Origin: the human T2T-CHM13v2.0 reference genome, Homo sapiens | Length of the DNA: 64,000 nucleotides | Reading direction: 5' to 3' (one strand) | Assembly (NCBI RefSeq): GCF_009914755.1 | Contig: NC_060929.1 | Shown: positions 22,699-41,010 of the stretch, in pieces | Layout: every line of letters starts with the position of its first letter | Position numbering within the stretch: position 1 is the first letter of the stretch | Notes under the pieces: model-generated | Told to the model about the DNA's origin: nothing | Databases searched by the model: none | The model's input: only the letters and a program-made list of their open reading frames with translations | Program-made: the position numbers and the translations under genes

Positions 22699-23436
22699 TA
22701 ATTACATACGAAATTTTAGTATTAAAGAGCCAGAAGGAGCTTGAAAAGTCTAGTTCCTCAAGTCTTTTCGTCATACATGTTTACATTAGGATGAAGAATA
22801 GAAAGGGGCTGAGTACTGTGAGAAGCCAGGAAATGAGGTCCCGTGAAGAGAGACATGTTTTCCAAGGAAAAGGACAAGGGAAGTCCACTCACCATGGAAG
22901 AAAGTGCCACAGGGCATGCTAGAAAGGCCAAGGACAGCAGAGGGATGGATGGAGGTGGGGGATACAGGTTGCTGCCAGGCAGTGGATGTGAGATGGGCCC
23001 CACCCTATTTTGCACCTCAGGCCTGCCAAGCCGGGATCCTTCTGCCCAGCCAGGCTCTGGGCAAGGAAGAGGGGTTCTGGGAGGAAGTCCCAAACTCGAA
23101 GGGTGAAGGAAGATGGCAGTGCCGAGGCTTTGGGAAGGGAGCCAGAGGCAGGAATTGGAATTGGGGCCTGGTTTCCCCATGGCAGATTTCATCCAGGTCC
23201 AGGATCTGCCCTCTCTTGGCATTGACTGGCCAAGCCATGGCTCAGGTATTCCACACCTGGGCCCGGAACCACATGCCAGGAAACCCAACACTGTTCGGCC
23301 CCAGCCGGCAACTTCCAGCAGCCAGGAGCAAACAGGACTTGTGAAGGAGGCAGTGGATCTCCAGAGCCCAGCAGCAGGGAGGCTACTTCCCGGGAGAGGG
23401 CAGCAGCACAGGAGAAGGCCCTGCCGCCTACAGGGG

Positions 23437-24201
23437 TCCTACTCCACTCCGGGACCCTGCCCATCTGTGGCCATGCTCCCACCAGCAGCCTGTCACCTCC
23501 CATCCCTCCCGCTGGTGACAGGCACCGGGGTACCGTGCCCAGCCCCCGGGCACCTCCACAGGGCTGCCATGTGGCAGAGGAAGCCGGTGAACTGACGCTT
23601 GGCTGCAGCCAGGCAGGCCTAAGCTCTGTTGCCCCGCCGCATCCCAGCTACACCCACAGGCCTGGAAGCCAACCAGCTGGCGTCAGTGCCCGCGGTGCCT
23701 TCCAGCACCCGCCTGTCCTGGAGAAGCTGCACCTGTCCCCTAATATCTTCACCCGCCTCTTAGGGGCAGCCTTCTCGGCCCTGGCGTGCATGGTGCACCA
23801 CCTCCACCTCTCTGAAAAGCTGGCCTGGGTGCCCGTGGAGGCCTTCGTGGGGCTGCAGATCCAAGTGAACCAATCCGCCAACCCGTGAAACTGGGACTGT
23901 GCCCTCCAGGGAGTGCTCAGGCTGGTGAGGCTGGCGCCGGGCACCAGGACAGGCATCGTGTGTGACCCCAGAACCCGACCAGACCTCGGTGGGGCAGGAG
24001 CTCCTGCCGCTGGCAGGGGAGGAAGAGCTGTGTGGGTCGGGGCAGGGCCCAGAGGAGCACCAAGGTGGCCCCTGCCGTTGAGGGGTGGCTGACCTGGTGC
24101 ATTATGTATGGTAGAACCGAGATGAAACCTGGCGCACCCTCAAGCGGCCCCTGTTGCCAGTGCACCCGGAGGACGACTCCACCCTCAGCACAGTGGTCTA
24201 A
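23437..24201 (+). pseudogene. LRRC3C-like (LRRC3 family LRR type I membrane protein) pseudogene
   Basis: Across frames reads SYSTPGPCPSVAMLP..VPSPRAPPQGCHVAEEAGE..CSQAGLS..GAFQHPPVLEKL..VPVEAFVGLQIQVNQSANP*NWDCALQ..GIVC..LAGEEELCGSG..LVHYVW*NRDE..STLSTVV*, collinear with recalled LRRC3C; in-frame stops and several frameshifts. Confidence 0.85.
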
Positions 24202-24334
24202 GGGTGCTCCTGGGGCCACACCACACACTCCTCCTCCTACGCCCTCTCCCTTCCTCTGACCCCCCACCTTCTCCCTTCCTCTGACCCCCTCGGCTTCCTG
24301 TGCAGCCTCACCCCAGCCCCCTAAATACCTGTCC

Positions 24335-24385
24335 TCTCTCCTCTCTGTCTCTCTCTGTCTCTCTCTCTCACACACACACACACAC
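24335..24385. repeat. (CT)n(CA)n microsatellite
   Basis: Direct reading. Confidence 0.9.
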
Positions 24386-25164
24386 CATCTCTAGTGCCTG
24401 GATTTATCTGGTGCTCCAACTTACTTAAAGAATGGGAAGGACTTTGGACAGAAAAGAGGGAGGGACCCTAGATGAAAGGCTGTGGAGGCGGCAAGGAAAA
24501 TGTACAACTTGAAATGTCTGGGCAGTGGCAAGACCAGCCTCAGGGCTGGAAGAGAGGATGCAAAGAGGGACGGGGAGGTGGTGAGACCAAGCTGCAGGTG
24601 GGGTCCGAAGTCGGGGTGCGGCCAGATTTAAAAGGACACTGTAGGCTCCGCCTCTCTTCTCCCTTTGCCTCTACTGAGAGCCTCCTCCTTGCTTCTTGCC
24701 TCTCTCTTGCCCACAGGCCCCTCTTCCTGCAGTCTGTTGGAGACCTCCCATCTCAGACTCCCTGCTTCCTTCTCCAGACACTCCTTATCTCTCTGTGCCC
24801 TCCTTTATGCACTGACAGGGTTCCTGAGCTCCTTCCTGTGTGGAAAATGTGGTCTCTTCTATGACTGAGCTGGGGACGGGTAACTGGAGAGAGCTGGGGG
24901 AAGGGGGTAGACCCCAGAACATCACTGGAGAAATCAATAAAGTCACCTTTATGAAGGAGGAAAAAAGGATCAAGAATAAAGTACTATGGGCCAGGCGCGG
25001 TGGCTCACACCTGTAATCCCAGCACTTTAGGAGGCTGAGGCAGGCGGATCACCTGAGGCCAGGAGTTTGAGATCAGCCAGGCCAACATGGCAAAACTCCG
25101 TCTCTACTAAAAATACAAAAATTAATCAGGCTTAGGGGCACGCGCCTGTAATCCCAACTACTCA

Positions 25165-25365
<201 letters not shown>

Positions 25366-25388
25366 TCAATTCTTTATAAAACAAATCA

Positions 25389-25697
<309 letters not shown>

Positions 25698-25826
25698 TCA
25701 TAGAAAAAGAAAGAAAGAAAATACATTAGGTAGGCCGGGCGCTGTGGCTCACGCCTGCAATCCCAGCACTTTGGGAGGCCGAGACGGGCAGATCACGAGG
25801 TCAGGAGATCGAGACCATCCTGGCTA

Positions 25827-26165
<339 letters not shown>

Positions 26166-26447
26166 TTATGTATTTATACTTTTACTACACAAGTATCTAC
26201 TTAACAAAAGATAATATTGTTTGGCATGATTTTTGACTTTACAGAAGTTGTATAATACTGTATATGTCCTTCCAAGCTTATTTTTCCCACTCAAGTTTTC
26301 TTTGGTGGGAAGGGGGGGTTTGTGTGTTTGCTTTCTGAAAATTCCTAAGTCTTATCACTCAAGTTTAATATTTATTTAGCTTAATACACATAATTTTAAT
26401 TCACTCATTTTATCTGCTATATAGTGTTCCACGATATGAATATGTAA

Positions 26448-26678
<231 letters not shown>

Positions 26679-26875
26679 TAGCCTGGACGGTCTCGATCTC
26701 CTGACCTCGTGATCCTTCCGCCTCGGCCTCCCAAAGTGCTGGGATTACAGGCGTGAGCCACCACACCCGGCCTTGATGAGCATTTAAATTGTTACCCCAT
26801 CTGTTCTATTACCATCAATGCCAAAATGAACCCCAAATCTGACTCCTTGTGTTGATATGCAAGTATTTCTCTAGG

Positions 26876-27037
26876 CCAGTGGCCCTCAAATTTTAGAAAG
26901 CATCAGAATCACCTGAGAGTTTTATTAAACAATAGACCGTTGAATCCCACCCCCAGAGTTTCTAATTCATTTCTAACAAGTCCTTAAGCGATGTTGATGC
27001 TGTTGGCCTGAAGAACGCACTTTAGAACAACTGCCCT
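26876..27037. mobile_element. MER5A (hAT-Charlie)
   Basis: CAGTGG..GCATCAGAATCACCTG..CACTTTAGAACAACTG. Confidence 0.7.
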
Positions 27038-27171
27038 AGGATGTTCATCCTGGAGTAAAATTGCTATCAAATAATTGTGCATCTTCAACTTTACTAAATG
27101 ATGCCAAATTGCTCTGCAAAGGAATTTTAATGATGTGCTCTCCCAAAGAAGTCAGTTCCCTTTCTCATGTC

Positions 27172-27848
27172 TGAAACCACCTTTGCACAATTGTGACTGA
27201 GACAGTGAAAGAGATCTAACTTAATCGACTTCATCTTGCTTCTAACCTCCAAGCTGTCCTTGTTCATTCCTGGGCATAAGCTGAACAAACTTTGGGAGAA
27301 ACTTAGTTTATAGTTTATAGTTTGGAACAAGGACGATAACAGCCCTTTCCCAAAGCAGACCTCCTTCTTGCCTGGGGACTAGACTACCTCTGTAAGACTA
27401 ACATTAGCCACAAGATTAGAAATTATGGTTTTGGAGTCACGCAGCTGGAGGCTACAAGATTCTAAGATTCTGACCCTCCCTAAACTGCTCCTAAGATCAG
27501 TACTTGAGATATTCTGCAGACCCTGCACTTGATGCATCAGCTGGCACCACCCAGATCAATAAACTGGCTCACCTGATCTTGTGGCCCCCACCCAGGAACT
27601 GACTCAGCTCCAGATGACAGCTTTGACTCCTTATGATTTCATCCTTGACCAATCAGCACTCCTGGCTTACTGGCTTCCCCCCACCAAGTTGTCCTTAAAA
27701 ACTCTGCTCCTCAAATGCTCAGGAAGACAGATTTGAATTAATAATAAAACTCCAGTCTCTCGCACAACCAGTTCTGCCTAAATTACTCTTTCTCTATTGC
27801 AGTTGCCCTGTCTTGAGAAATCGGCTCTGTCTAGGCAGTGGGCAAGGT
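27172..27848 (+). mobile_element. LTR8 solo LTR (ERV1), 3' end degraded
   Basis: TGAAACCACCTTTGCACAATTGTGACTGAGACAGTGAAAGAGATCTAAC start matches recalled LTR8. Confidence 0.8.
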
Positions 27849-28059
27849 CCACACCACATTTGATGTCATAACACTTCAAAAGTGTTGCCAATCCAAAGAA
27901 TACAGAATTGTATTTCACTGTGGTTTCCATTTGAAATTCCCTGTTACTAATAGGATTGAGCATCTTTTCATATGGCTGTAGCCATTCAGGCTAAATTATA
28001 CTGTCTCTTATCTGTTCATTCCTTTGCCTATTTGCTATTAGGGTGTTTGACTTTAATTT

Positions 28060-29118
<1,059 letters not shown>

Positions 29119-29232
29119 CTTATATAGTTATAGTTACTAAACCATCATCTTTAGAACATAATGAGGAAAGGCTGGGTGCAGTGACTCACACCTGTAATCC
29201 CAGCACTTTGAGAGGCTGAGGTGCATGGATCA

Positions 29233-29511
<279 letters not shown>

Positions 29512-29585
29512 CTAGCACATTTTTCAGAAAATTCAAGATATACATTTATACTGAATTTACTATAATACAGAAATTTTTGTGTTCT

Positions 29586-29949
29586 GTTAACCTAAAAGGG
29601 CAAAGCTGAGGCAAACTTTAGAGAGTTAATTTGGGCCAAGGTTGAGGACTGCAGCATGGGACATACTTCCAGCTTGCTTTGGAGAGTACTCTGGGAAACA
29701 GAGAGGCTCAAACCCACGTATCAGGAGGGTGCAATTACTAAAGCTGTTTGTCGGGAAGTCTCCTTGGTTTACAGAAATAACATTGGTTAGCGATCGGCTA
29801 TCCGTTGTTGAACTACAGTCTAGCGCCCCGCATAGCAAGTGGCTTCAAGAGGGGAGTGACTGCTGTTACAGTTTAAATGCCTCTCTGGGCCTGGATAATT
29901 TAAAGAGGCTTGCCTTCCTCACATTAAAAGAGGTTTTTTTCTTTCTCAG
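29586..29949. mobile_element. ERV1-class solo LTR (MER34/MER39-like, family uncertain)
   Basis: TG...CA termini and MER4-group style TTTGGGCCAAGGTTGAGGAC motif. Confidence 0.45.
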
Positions 29950-30376
29950 TTATAGTAGGAGAAAAAAGAATACAAAATTATACATGTACCACAATATACA
30001 AACTAAAATTCCAAAACACTATCCTTAGAAAAGAGACTAAAAGGAAATATACTATTATTGCATGAGCAGTTTAGAGATAGATTTCTTATTTTATGGCTTT
30101 AAGTGTGTATACTTTCTTCCAATTTTCTATATTTTCAGTTCTTTTATAAAATAATGCAGTTTCATATTCCATGGAGATTCAGTGCCAAGCTAATACAAAA
30201 AACAAAAATCATGTATGCAATATTACCCCAAACATCCCTTAAATTGGGCCGTCTCAGCCAGGCACGGTGGCTCATGCCTGTAATCCCAGCACTTTGGGAG
30301 GCCAAGGCAGGCAGATCACCTGAGGTCAGGAGTTCTAGACCAGCCTGGACAAAATGGCAAAACCCCATGTCTACTA

Positions 30377-30589
<213 letters not shown>

Positions 30590-31024
30590 TCAGGGTAATT
30601 TTGCAACATGGCCTATTTTTTTCCCCTATCATTGGAATTGTTGCTATTTGTTTGATTGACCACCAGACAGAACAACAGAAAATCAACTATCTACATGTAT
30701 TTCCTTTTAGAATCACACTTAACTCTGGTAAGATGATGTTATCAGAGGCACCCAGGAACTAGAACCAACAAACTAGGGACCAAGGAAAAGCAGATTTACA
30801 CATCCCATCTCATGCTCAGCCTACGGTTCACTGAGAGGAATGTTAGGTAGAATCATGCACCATTTACATTGCCACTTTCTCCCTCTCTTATTTTTGTGGG
30901 GTTGAGTTAATATGGTTGAGTTTGCATATGGTAAATTTGTATGTGATGAGACTCCTTTGTACATAATTCATTTATAATAGAAAAAACCTCTTTTTTAGAA
31001 GGAACAGATTTCTTGAATATATAA

Positions 31025-31458
<434 letters not shown>

Positions 31459-31626
31459 TAACAGTAAAATAAATAAAAAACTACCCTGTGATAAAGAAGA
31501 AGTACACAGTAGCTTAATAACATATAATAGTAATATTTTATCTTCATTGAGGGTTTTAGAAAGGCTCCCTGAGAAAGTGGTTACTAAGCTGGGTGAGTAG
31601 TGTGGTGGATACTGTGTTGTGTGACC

Positions 31627-31990
31627 AGCAGTGGTGCTGGAGCTGGATCATACTGCCTCATGGGTGCCAATAGTTGAATTGTTAGGAATTTTGAGACAGG
31701 TTTTAAACAACCATTATTAAATATTATGTAAAGTTATATTAAAAACACAAATCAATAATACTCAAAACTCATCACTTCCTAATTATTTTTTACTACATTT
31801 TACTATTATCTGTGCTTTTGAGGTTATCTATCGTGCATCTTTTCCCAATTCCACATTCACCGATATCACAATTGGTAGCTTGAAAGTGGCCATGGTGGGG
31901 GTATGTACACCATGGAAATTGGCAAACACTATAAAATGGGGCTTTTTCTCCCATAGAGCTGGTTGTTAAATGTTTACCAACATACTACTG
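31627..31990. mobile_element. MER63-like (hAT) element
   Basis: CAGTGGTGCTGGAGCTGG start and GAGCTGGTTGTTAAATGTTTACCAACATAC end. Confidence 0.6.
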
Positions 31991-32319
31991 AGACAGCCAA
32001 GTGTAAAGAGGCTCCTGGAGAAACTCTGACCAGCCTGTGCACACTGGAGTAGAGCCACAGAAGTTCACACCCTTTACAGCAGGAGGAGCCTGGCCCCTCC
32101 TCTTCCTGGGTGGAACCTGGGATTCAATCTGTAAGGTGGGAAGCCTATATACTAGCAGGAGTCTCCCTCTGCTGACAGTCCCTGTTTCCCTTTTTTTTTT
32201 CCTTTGTGACCAATAAATTCTACTTTTCTCACCCTTCAGAGTGTCTGCAAGCCTAACCTTTCATGGTCAGGTGACAAGAATCTTGTTTTTAGCTGAACTA
32301 AGAAGGAAGTCCTTCAACA
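31989..32319 (+). mobile_element. MER61-family solo LTR
   Basis: TGAGACAGCC...TTCAACA termini with 4-bp TSD CTAC. Confidence 0.75.
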
Positions 32320-32749
32320 CTACTGTGCACAACCCAAATCCTCCTTCAAAGAAAGATCTCTTGCCCTGCGGGGAATGTGGTCAGCAGATGATCTTTAGCT
32401 ATAGGTACCTTTAGGGATTCCTTACATGCAAAGAATCATCCTTCCAAGGTTGATGTACATCTCATGAATGACTGAAGTGGGAGTATAAAGGTCCAGTCAT
32501 TTCAAACGAATGTAAGATACCTGAAAGATCATTTTAGCTCCAAAGGTCTCCATGAGGCTTTTGTTGGACTGTACTACTTCTTGACTTCTCCCTCTGCCAA
32601 AGTATGCTTTCTTTCCCTCTCTTTCCCAGTTGTTGGTCCCAAAAGCACCCTTTTCCGCACTAAACTCCATGTGAGTCTGCTTCTGGAGAACTCAAACTGC
32701 AAGAAAAAGGATAAGGAGGGTGTTAATGAGAAAATGTTCAGGTAGGGAG

Positions 32750-33144
32750 TGTTAAAAGAAAGGCTTTAGCCAAATTAAATTCAGAAGAATTTAATTGAGC
32801 AAAGAATGATTCATGAATTGTGCTGCCTCCCGAGCCAGAGTAGGCTCAGAGACTCCAGCACAGCCATGTGGTGGAAGATTTATGGACAGAAAACGGAAAG
32901 TGGCATACAGAAAATGGAAGTGAGGCACAGAAAAAGCCAAATTGGTTACAGCTCGGTGTTTGCCTAATTTGAACACAATTTGAATAGTTGGCCACCTTTG
33001 ACTGGTCAAAACTTGGCACAAGAGTAGGCTACAATCTGTTTACAACTAACTCCATTTGGGTAATAGTTCATGATGTACAGAAAAACCTTTAGGCTGAACT
33101 TAAAATATGTAAGGAGGCAGCTTTAGGCTAAACTTGATTTAACA
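32750..33144 (-). mobile_element. MER57-family solo LTR
   Basis: Reverse complement starts TGTTAAATCAAGTTTAGCCTAAAGCTGCCTCCTTACATAT; 4-bp TSD GGAG. Confidence 0.8.
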
Positions 33145-33882
33145 GGAGTGTTCTAGGGCATGGAAAACTATCTGAGCAATGTCTTGTATTGGAAGACAAA
33201 ATAGCACAATTGAAGAAAGTACTAAAGGGCTAGTGGAACCCAGAGAGCAGGAAACAGCTTAATGTGAAATGAAACTGAAAAGGTAAGTTGGGGCAAAACC
33301 ATGTAGGATGTTATTGGCCATGATAATGATTTGAGTTTGTCAAAAGGATAATGGAAAGCTACTGGAACGCAGGGGTGGAGTGTTATGCGGTGGGCAATGC
33401 ATTGTGAGATTTGCATTTGGAAATATTACTATTACTATGGCAGAATGTGGAAAATAGATTAGATAAAAGGAAGTGTAAACTTGGAAGGTTAGCTAGGAGA
33501 TGATTGTAGTGGTAAAGATGATGGCAGCCTAGACTTGATAGTGATGGAGATGAAAATTTTTGGATTGATTTGAGAAACATTTAGAAGGTAAAAAATGATG
33601 CAACCTGGTAATAGATTACAAGAAAGGGGAGGTGTTAAGGATGATAACTAAGTTTTTGATTTGCTAAACTGGATAAATGGCACCATCCAATGAGATAGAA
33701 GAGGATTAGGTTTGGGGGAAAGATCGTAAGTTTATTTTAGGACACAAAGAACTCGAGCTTCCTTTGAGACAATCAAATGCAGTATTCTGGAAGCCAAGGA
33801 AAGAGAATGTTTCAAGAAGAACAGAGAGATCAATTATGTTGAAAGCTGTATAGAAATGAGATAATATACAGCTGAAAGTATG

Positions 33883-35372
<1,490 letters not shown>

Positions 35373-35816
35373 TGTCCTGCTGCTTCAGGGGAGTGATGAG
35401 TATAGAAGCCAGCTTGGAATGGGTTCAGAGTTGAACAGGAAGAAAGAAAAGAGAGGCACTTTTCCTTCTACCACAAAAACAACTGTAAGAAAAGTACTTA
35501 TATTTGGCCTAAAAGAAAAATGTACCAGGCCCGGCCAGGCGCAGTAGCTCACGCCTGTAATCCCAGCACTTTGGGAGGCCAAGGCAGGTGGATCACCTGA
35601 GGTCAGGATTTCGAGACCAGCCTGACCCACATGGAGAAACTCTGTCTCTACTAAAAATACAAAATTAGCCAGGCTTGGCGGTGCATGCCTATAATCCCAG
35701 CTACTTGGGAAGGCTGAGACAGGAGAATCGCTTGAACCTGAGAGGTGGAGGTTGTGGTGAGCCAAGATTGCACCACTGCACTCCAGCCTGGGCAACAAGA
35801 GCAAAACTCCATTTCA

Positions 35817-36766
<950 letters not shown>

Positions 36767-36791
36767 TTTCTCCCTTTGAGAACCTCACTCA

Positions 36792-38475
36792 TTAGTGGGA
36801 GTTTTCACTTTTATCCTCACTACCCATGTCTTCTTGTAAGACAGATCGATAGTGATTCATATAGTACACTTGTGCTGAAGCATTTTGGTGAACTAAGGTA
36901 GCGATGAAGCTTTTTATCATTTGAAGAAGTACAGGTAGCAAACAAGGGAGCAGTAAGCAGGTTCCTACTACTATTATAACTCCCATTATAAGAGTTTTAA
37001 ATCCTCCTAGTGCTGGGAACCATTTTCCAAACATGGCCCCAGGATCAAATCCATGCCACACTTGCATGGGCACATGTGCCAGTTTTGTCATATCTCTAAC
37101 TATGTCTTTAACTACTTGCTCTTGGTCATCTATGTGTAGACAGCAATTAGTAAGGTTAAATTTCCTACAGACCCCTCCTTCAGCTGCTAGCAAGTAGTCG
37201 AGAGCCAATCTATTTTGATAGATTTCTCAATCTATCAAAATGCAATCTATTTGATAGCATTTCTCATCTGAGTTTCTTGCTGGGCCAGAATAGTCAAGGC
37301 TCTGCCGGTTTTGTTAGTGATTATTTCTAAGACAGCTTGTAACCGTATGATTCGGTTAAGCATGTAAATGGGGGTCTGGTATCCCCATGAGCCATCTTGT
37401 GCCCAAGTAGCAGGCCCATAATATTGTATGATTTTCTCAGGGGGCCATTTATCATCTTTTTAATTTCTTATAGCTATGCTTATCTTTTTGCAGGAAGCAC
37501 AGATGGGGAAGCCCAGGAGTTCGCCTGTCTTTATGGGCAGTAGGAAGAAAGATGGTTTAATAGTGCCAATAACACAACTACCTGCCCACTCATCGGGTAA
37601 TTTGGCATAAGCTCTATGCCTACATAACCAGTATAATCCAGTGGGGGCTGTCCAGTCCCAGTGGGACTCCAGGTGGGTCCACACAGTTTGCAACTTTGGG
37701 AATTTACAAAATGGATTCCTTTCTGTGTGATTTGAACTCCACCGAGTGACTTTTTGTGGTACCATTATACAGTTTCTGTCCCAGACAACTAAGTCGTCCT
37801 ACGGGGTGAGTGAATTCTTTTCCTTTTCTAGCTCTACAATATTGTCCAATAATTGAGGTTTTTAGGACCCAGAAATTATCAGGGCGATTCTTTTGAGCCA
37901 GGAATTTATCAGGAACTGGGTCTGTAGGTACTAATTCTTGGGCTTCCCATGGCCATTGATCTCCCATTACAGTTTCTCTATATACATAACATGAAGTGAC
38001 ATTGAGAGACTGGGCTACATGCTCGGCTAATTGCAAAAACCAATTTCTTGTTTTTCCTGGAATTTCTGATACTGGCACATTTAGTTCATCATAGAAAGTT
38101 TGAAACAGTGGCTCAAGAGAGCGTTCGTAAACTTCTCCTCGAACTAAGATATTTACCTGAGGATCCAGTCTGACCCCATCAATTCCTAAGGTCACATGCT
38201 CCCCTTTTTTCCAGCACGGATCAAGGGGATTGGTTATTACTAGCTCTAAGGGGTTACATTGTCCCTCAGTAAAGTAAGGGCCATTTTTTCCTTTTTGAAG
38301 GTGGACTGGATCCTTTTTATTTTTTATCCAAGTGGCCCAAATGACACAAGACCAGTATCCACATTTATTTCCACACAGTCCTAATTCATGACAAATGTAC
38401 TTATTTTCAGTCATATAGCCTTTTTCCCAATTAAAAGAGCCACATTCCCTTCCTAACTTATTGCTATTAATGACT
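36792..38475 (-). pseudogene. HERV-E env remnant (SU+TM), disrupted; gag/pol and 5' LTR absent
   Basis: ORFs 37704-38528, 37460-37765 and 36792-37208 give [46 protein letters not shown] (ISD/CX6CC) and a TM helix; frameshifts and stops between them. Confidence 0.92.
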
Positions 38476-38947
38476 TCTGGGTGGGGCCACAGAAGTGGTA
38501 GTTGGATCCAGGTGGAGCTATGGTCCATCTGGACCCATCAGTCTTCAGATATGCCACACACACACACACAAAAAAAAAAAAACAGAAAAAAAACTGAAAA
38601 GATGTCTCAAAAGGCCAATCTTAGGTTCTACAAGAGTGATGTTATCTGCAGGAGTAATTAGGTAAGTTGTGACCTCTGGAATACTGTCTAGCGCTCCTTG
38701 ATGTCTACGCCTTAGCAGAATTCAGGCTCCTCTCATTCTCCTAGCCTGATGGTCTCTCAATAGCTTTACAAAGTTTGGGGGAAGGGCCATTATCATTTAA
38801 ACTATAAATGTCTCCCAAAGTTAGCTTGGCCCAAGCCCAAGAATGATTAAGGGCAGTTTGAAAGCTAAAGGCAAGACAGGGTTTGATTAGATCAGATCTC
38901 TTTTGCCATAATTTTCTCACTGTTATAATTTTGCAAAGGTGGTTTCA
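38476..38947 (-). mobile_element. LTR8A/B-like LTR, truncated where it joins HERV-E env
   Basis: Reverse complement begins TGAAACCACCTTTGCAAAATTATAACAGTGAGAAAATTATGG. Confidence 0.7.
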
Positions 38948-39151
38948 ACAATAAAGTTCCAGTAGACAGACTGTGATACCTCGTTTTTTTTATGCTACTA
39001 AAGGTCTTTGTGTGTATTCAAATTAGAGTATTGTAAATTAATTATAATTTATACTGCTCAAAACCCGATTTTCATCTCCAAATCATCCCCAAATTTCCCA
39101 GAGTAATAATAATATTTAACATCTATTGAGTGACATTTTATACTATTCATA

Positions 39152-39711
<560 letters not shown>

Positions 39712-39718
39712 ACAGTTC

Positions 39719-40127
39719 TGTTAGTCCAAACTGCACCATTTTGTAAGCTCCCCACTAATTTTGCAGACCTTGGTCAAAGTGAAACATTTCACAGGGGTTC
39801 GGGGCTGTAAGAAACATCCTGTCTAACCACTTGACCACAAGGCAGACAAAGGCCCAAATAAAGAAACATCCCTATCATATCTTGCTGGGCAAAGTTCCAA
39901 GGAATACCATGATGACATCTGCCAGAACAAGGGCCAGAACTGCCTCATCACAGGAACATCTTATCAATATCCTGCCAGGCAGCAAGCCATACTGCCCAGA
40001 CCCTTACCGCCCATACCTATAAATACCCCCAGCCTATAAGCAGTGGTGGGCTCTGGCATTAAGCTGGTCCCCCACTTCTGTAGGTTTTATGCTGGACATA
40101 AAGCCTGCATTTACTGTCGAGCCGCCC

Positions 40128-40181
<54 letters not shown>

Positions 40182-40217
40182 TTTCTTTAACCCTCCTGTT
40201 CCCTTCAAAACCTAGCA
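39719..40217 (+). mobile_element. Solo LTR (family unassigned) containing a (GT)n microsatellite
   Basis: TG..CA termini, 5-bp TSD AGTTC at 39714-39718 and 40218-40222, TATA-like motifs. Confidence 0.7.
40134..40180. repeat. (GT)n microsatellite
   Basis: Direct reading. Confidence 0.95.
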
Positions 40218-40461
40218 AGTTCTAGAGACTTTTCACTTATTAACACATGTATAATCCTCCCAACAACCCTACAATATAAATATTACTATTCCTACTTTGC
40301 AGATAAAAAAAAAACTGTGGCGCAGAAAGGCCAACTAACTGACCCAAGATCCCACAATTACTAAGTGGCAGAGTTGGGATTCAAACCAAGACTGACACAG
40401 GAACCCACATTCCTAAATTTTTAGCAACAGAAAAATAACCTTTATAATACCCAGTCCTACT

Positions 40462-41010
40462 TGTCAGAGGCGTTTGACCCAGAGTGCCTCCATCTTGAAT
40501 AGGGGCTGGGTAAAACAAGGGGGAGACTTACTCGGCTGCATTCCCAGGAGGTTGGGCATTCTTATTACTATTATTATTTTTTTTTTTTGAGACGGAGTTT
40601 CACTCTTGTTGCCCAGGCTGGAGTGCAATGGCGCGATCTTGGCTCACTGCAACCTCCATCTCCGGGTTCAAGCCATTCTCCTCCTCAGCCTCCCGAGTAG
40701 CTGGGAGTACAGGCATGCACCACCCCACCCGACTAATTTTGTATTTTTAGTAGAGACAGGGTTTCGCCATGTTGGTCAGGCTGGTCTCAAACTCCTGACC
40801 TCAGGTGATCCACCCGCCTCAGCCTCCCAACTGCTGGGATTACAGGCATGAGCCACTGTGCCCTCTGCCTATGGAGTAGCCATTCTTTTATTCCTTTACT
40901 TTTTTAATAAACTTGCTTTCACTTTACTGTATGGACTTGCCTCGAATTCTTTCTTGCGTGAGATCCAAGCTCTCCTGGGGTCTGGATGGGGACCCCCTTT
41001 TCAGGTAACA
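40462..41010 (+). mobile_element. MER41 LTR, internally deleted, with Alu
   Basis: TGTCAGAGGCGTTTGACCCAGAG...CAGGTAACA. Confidence 0.8.

Noticed and set aside
22858-24975. Possible TSD around the LRRC3C-like block (GAAAAGGACAAG vs AAAAAGGATCAAG)
   Set aside because: Too short, purine-rich and imperfect to support
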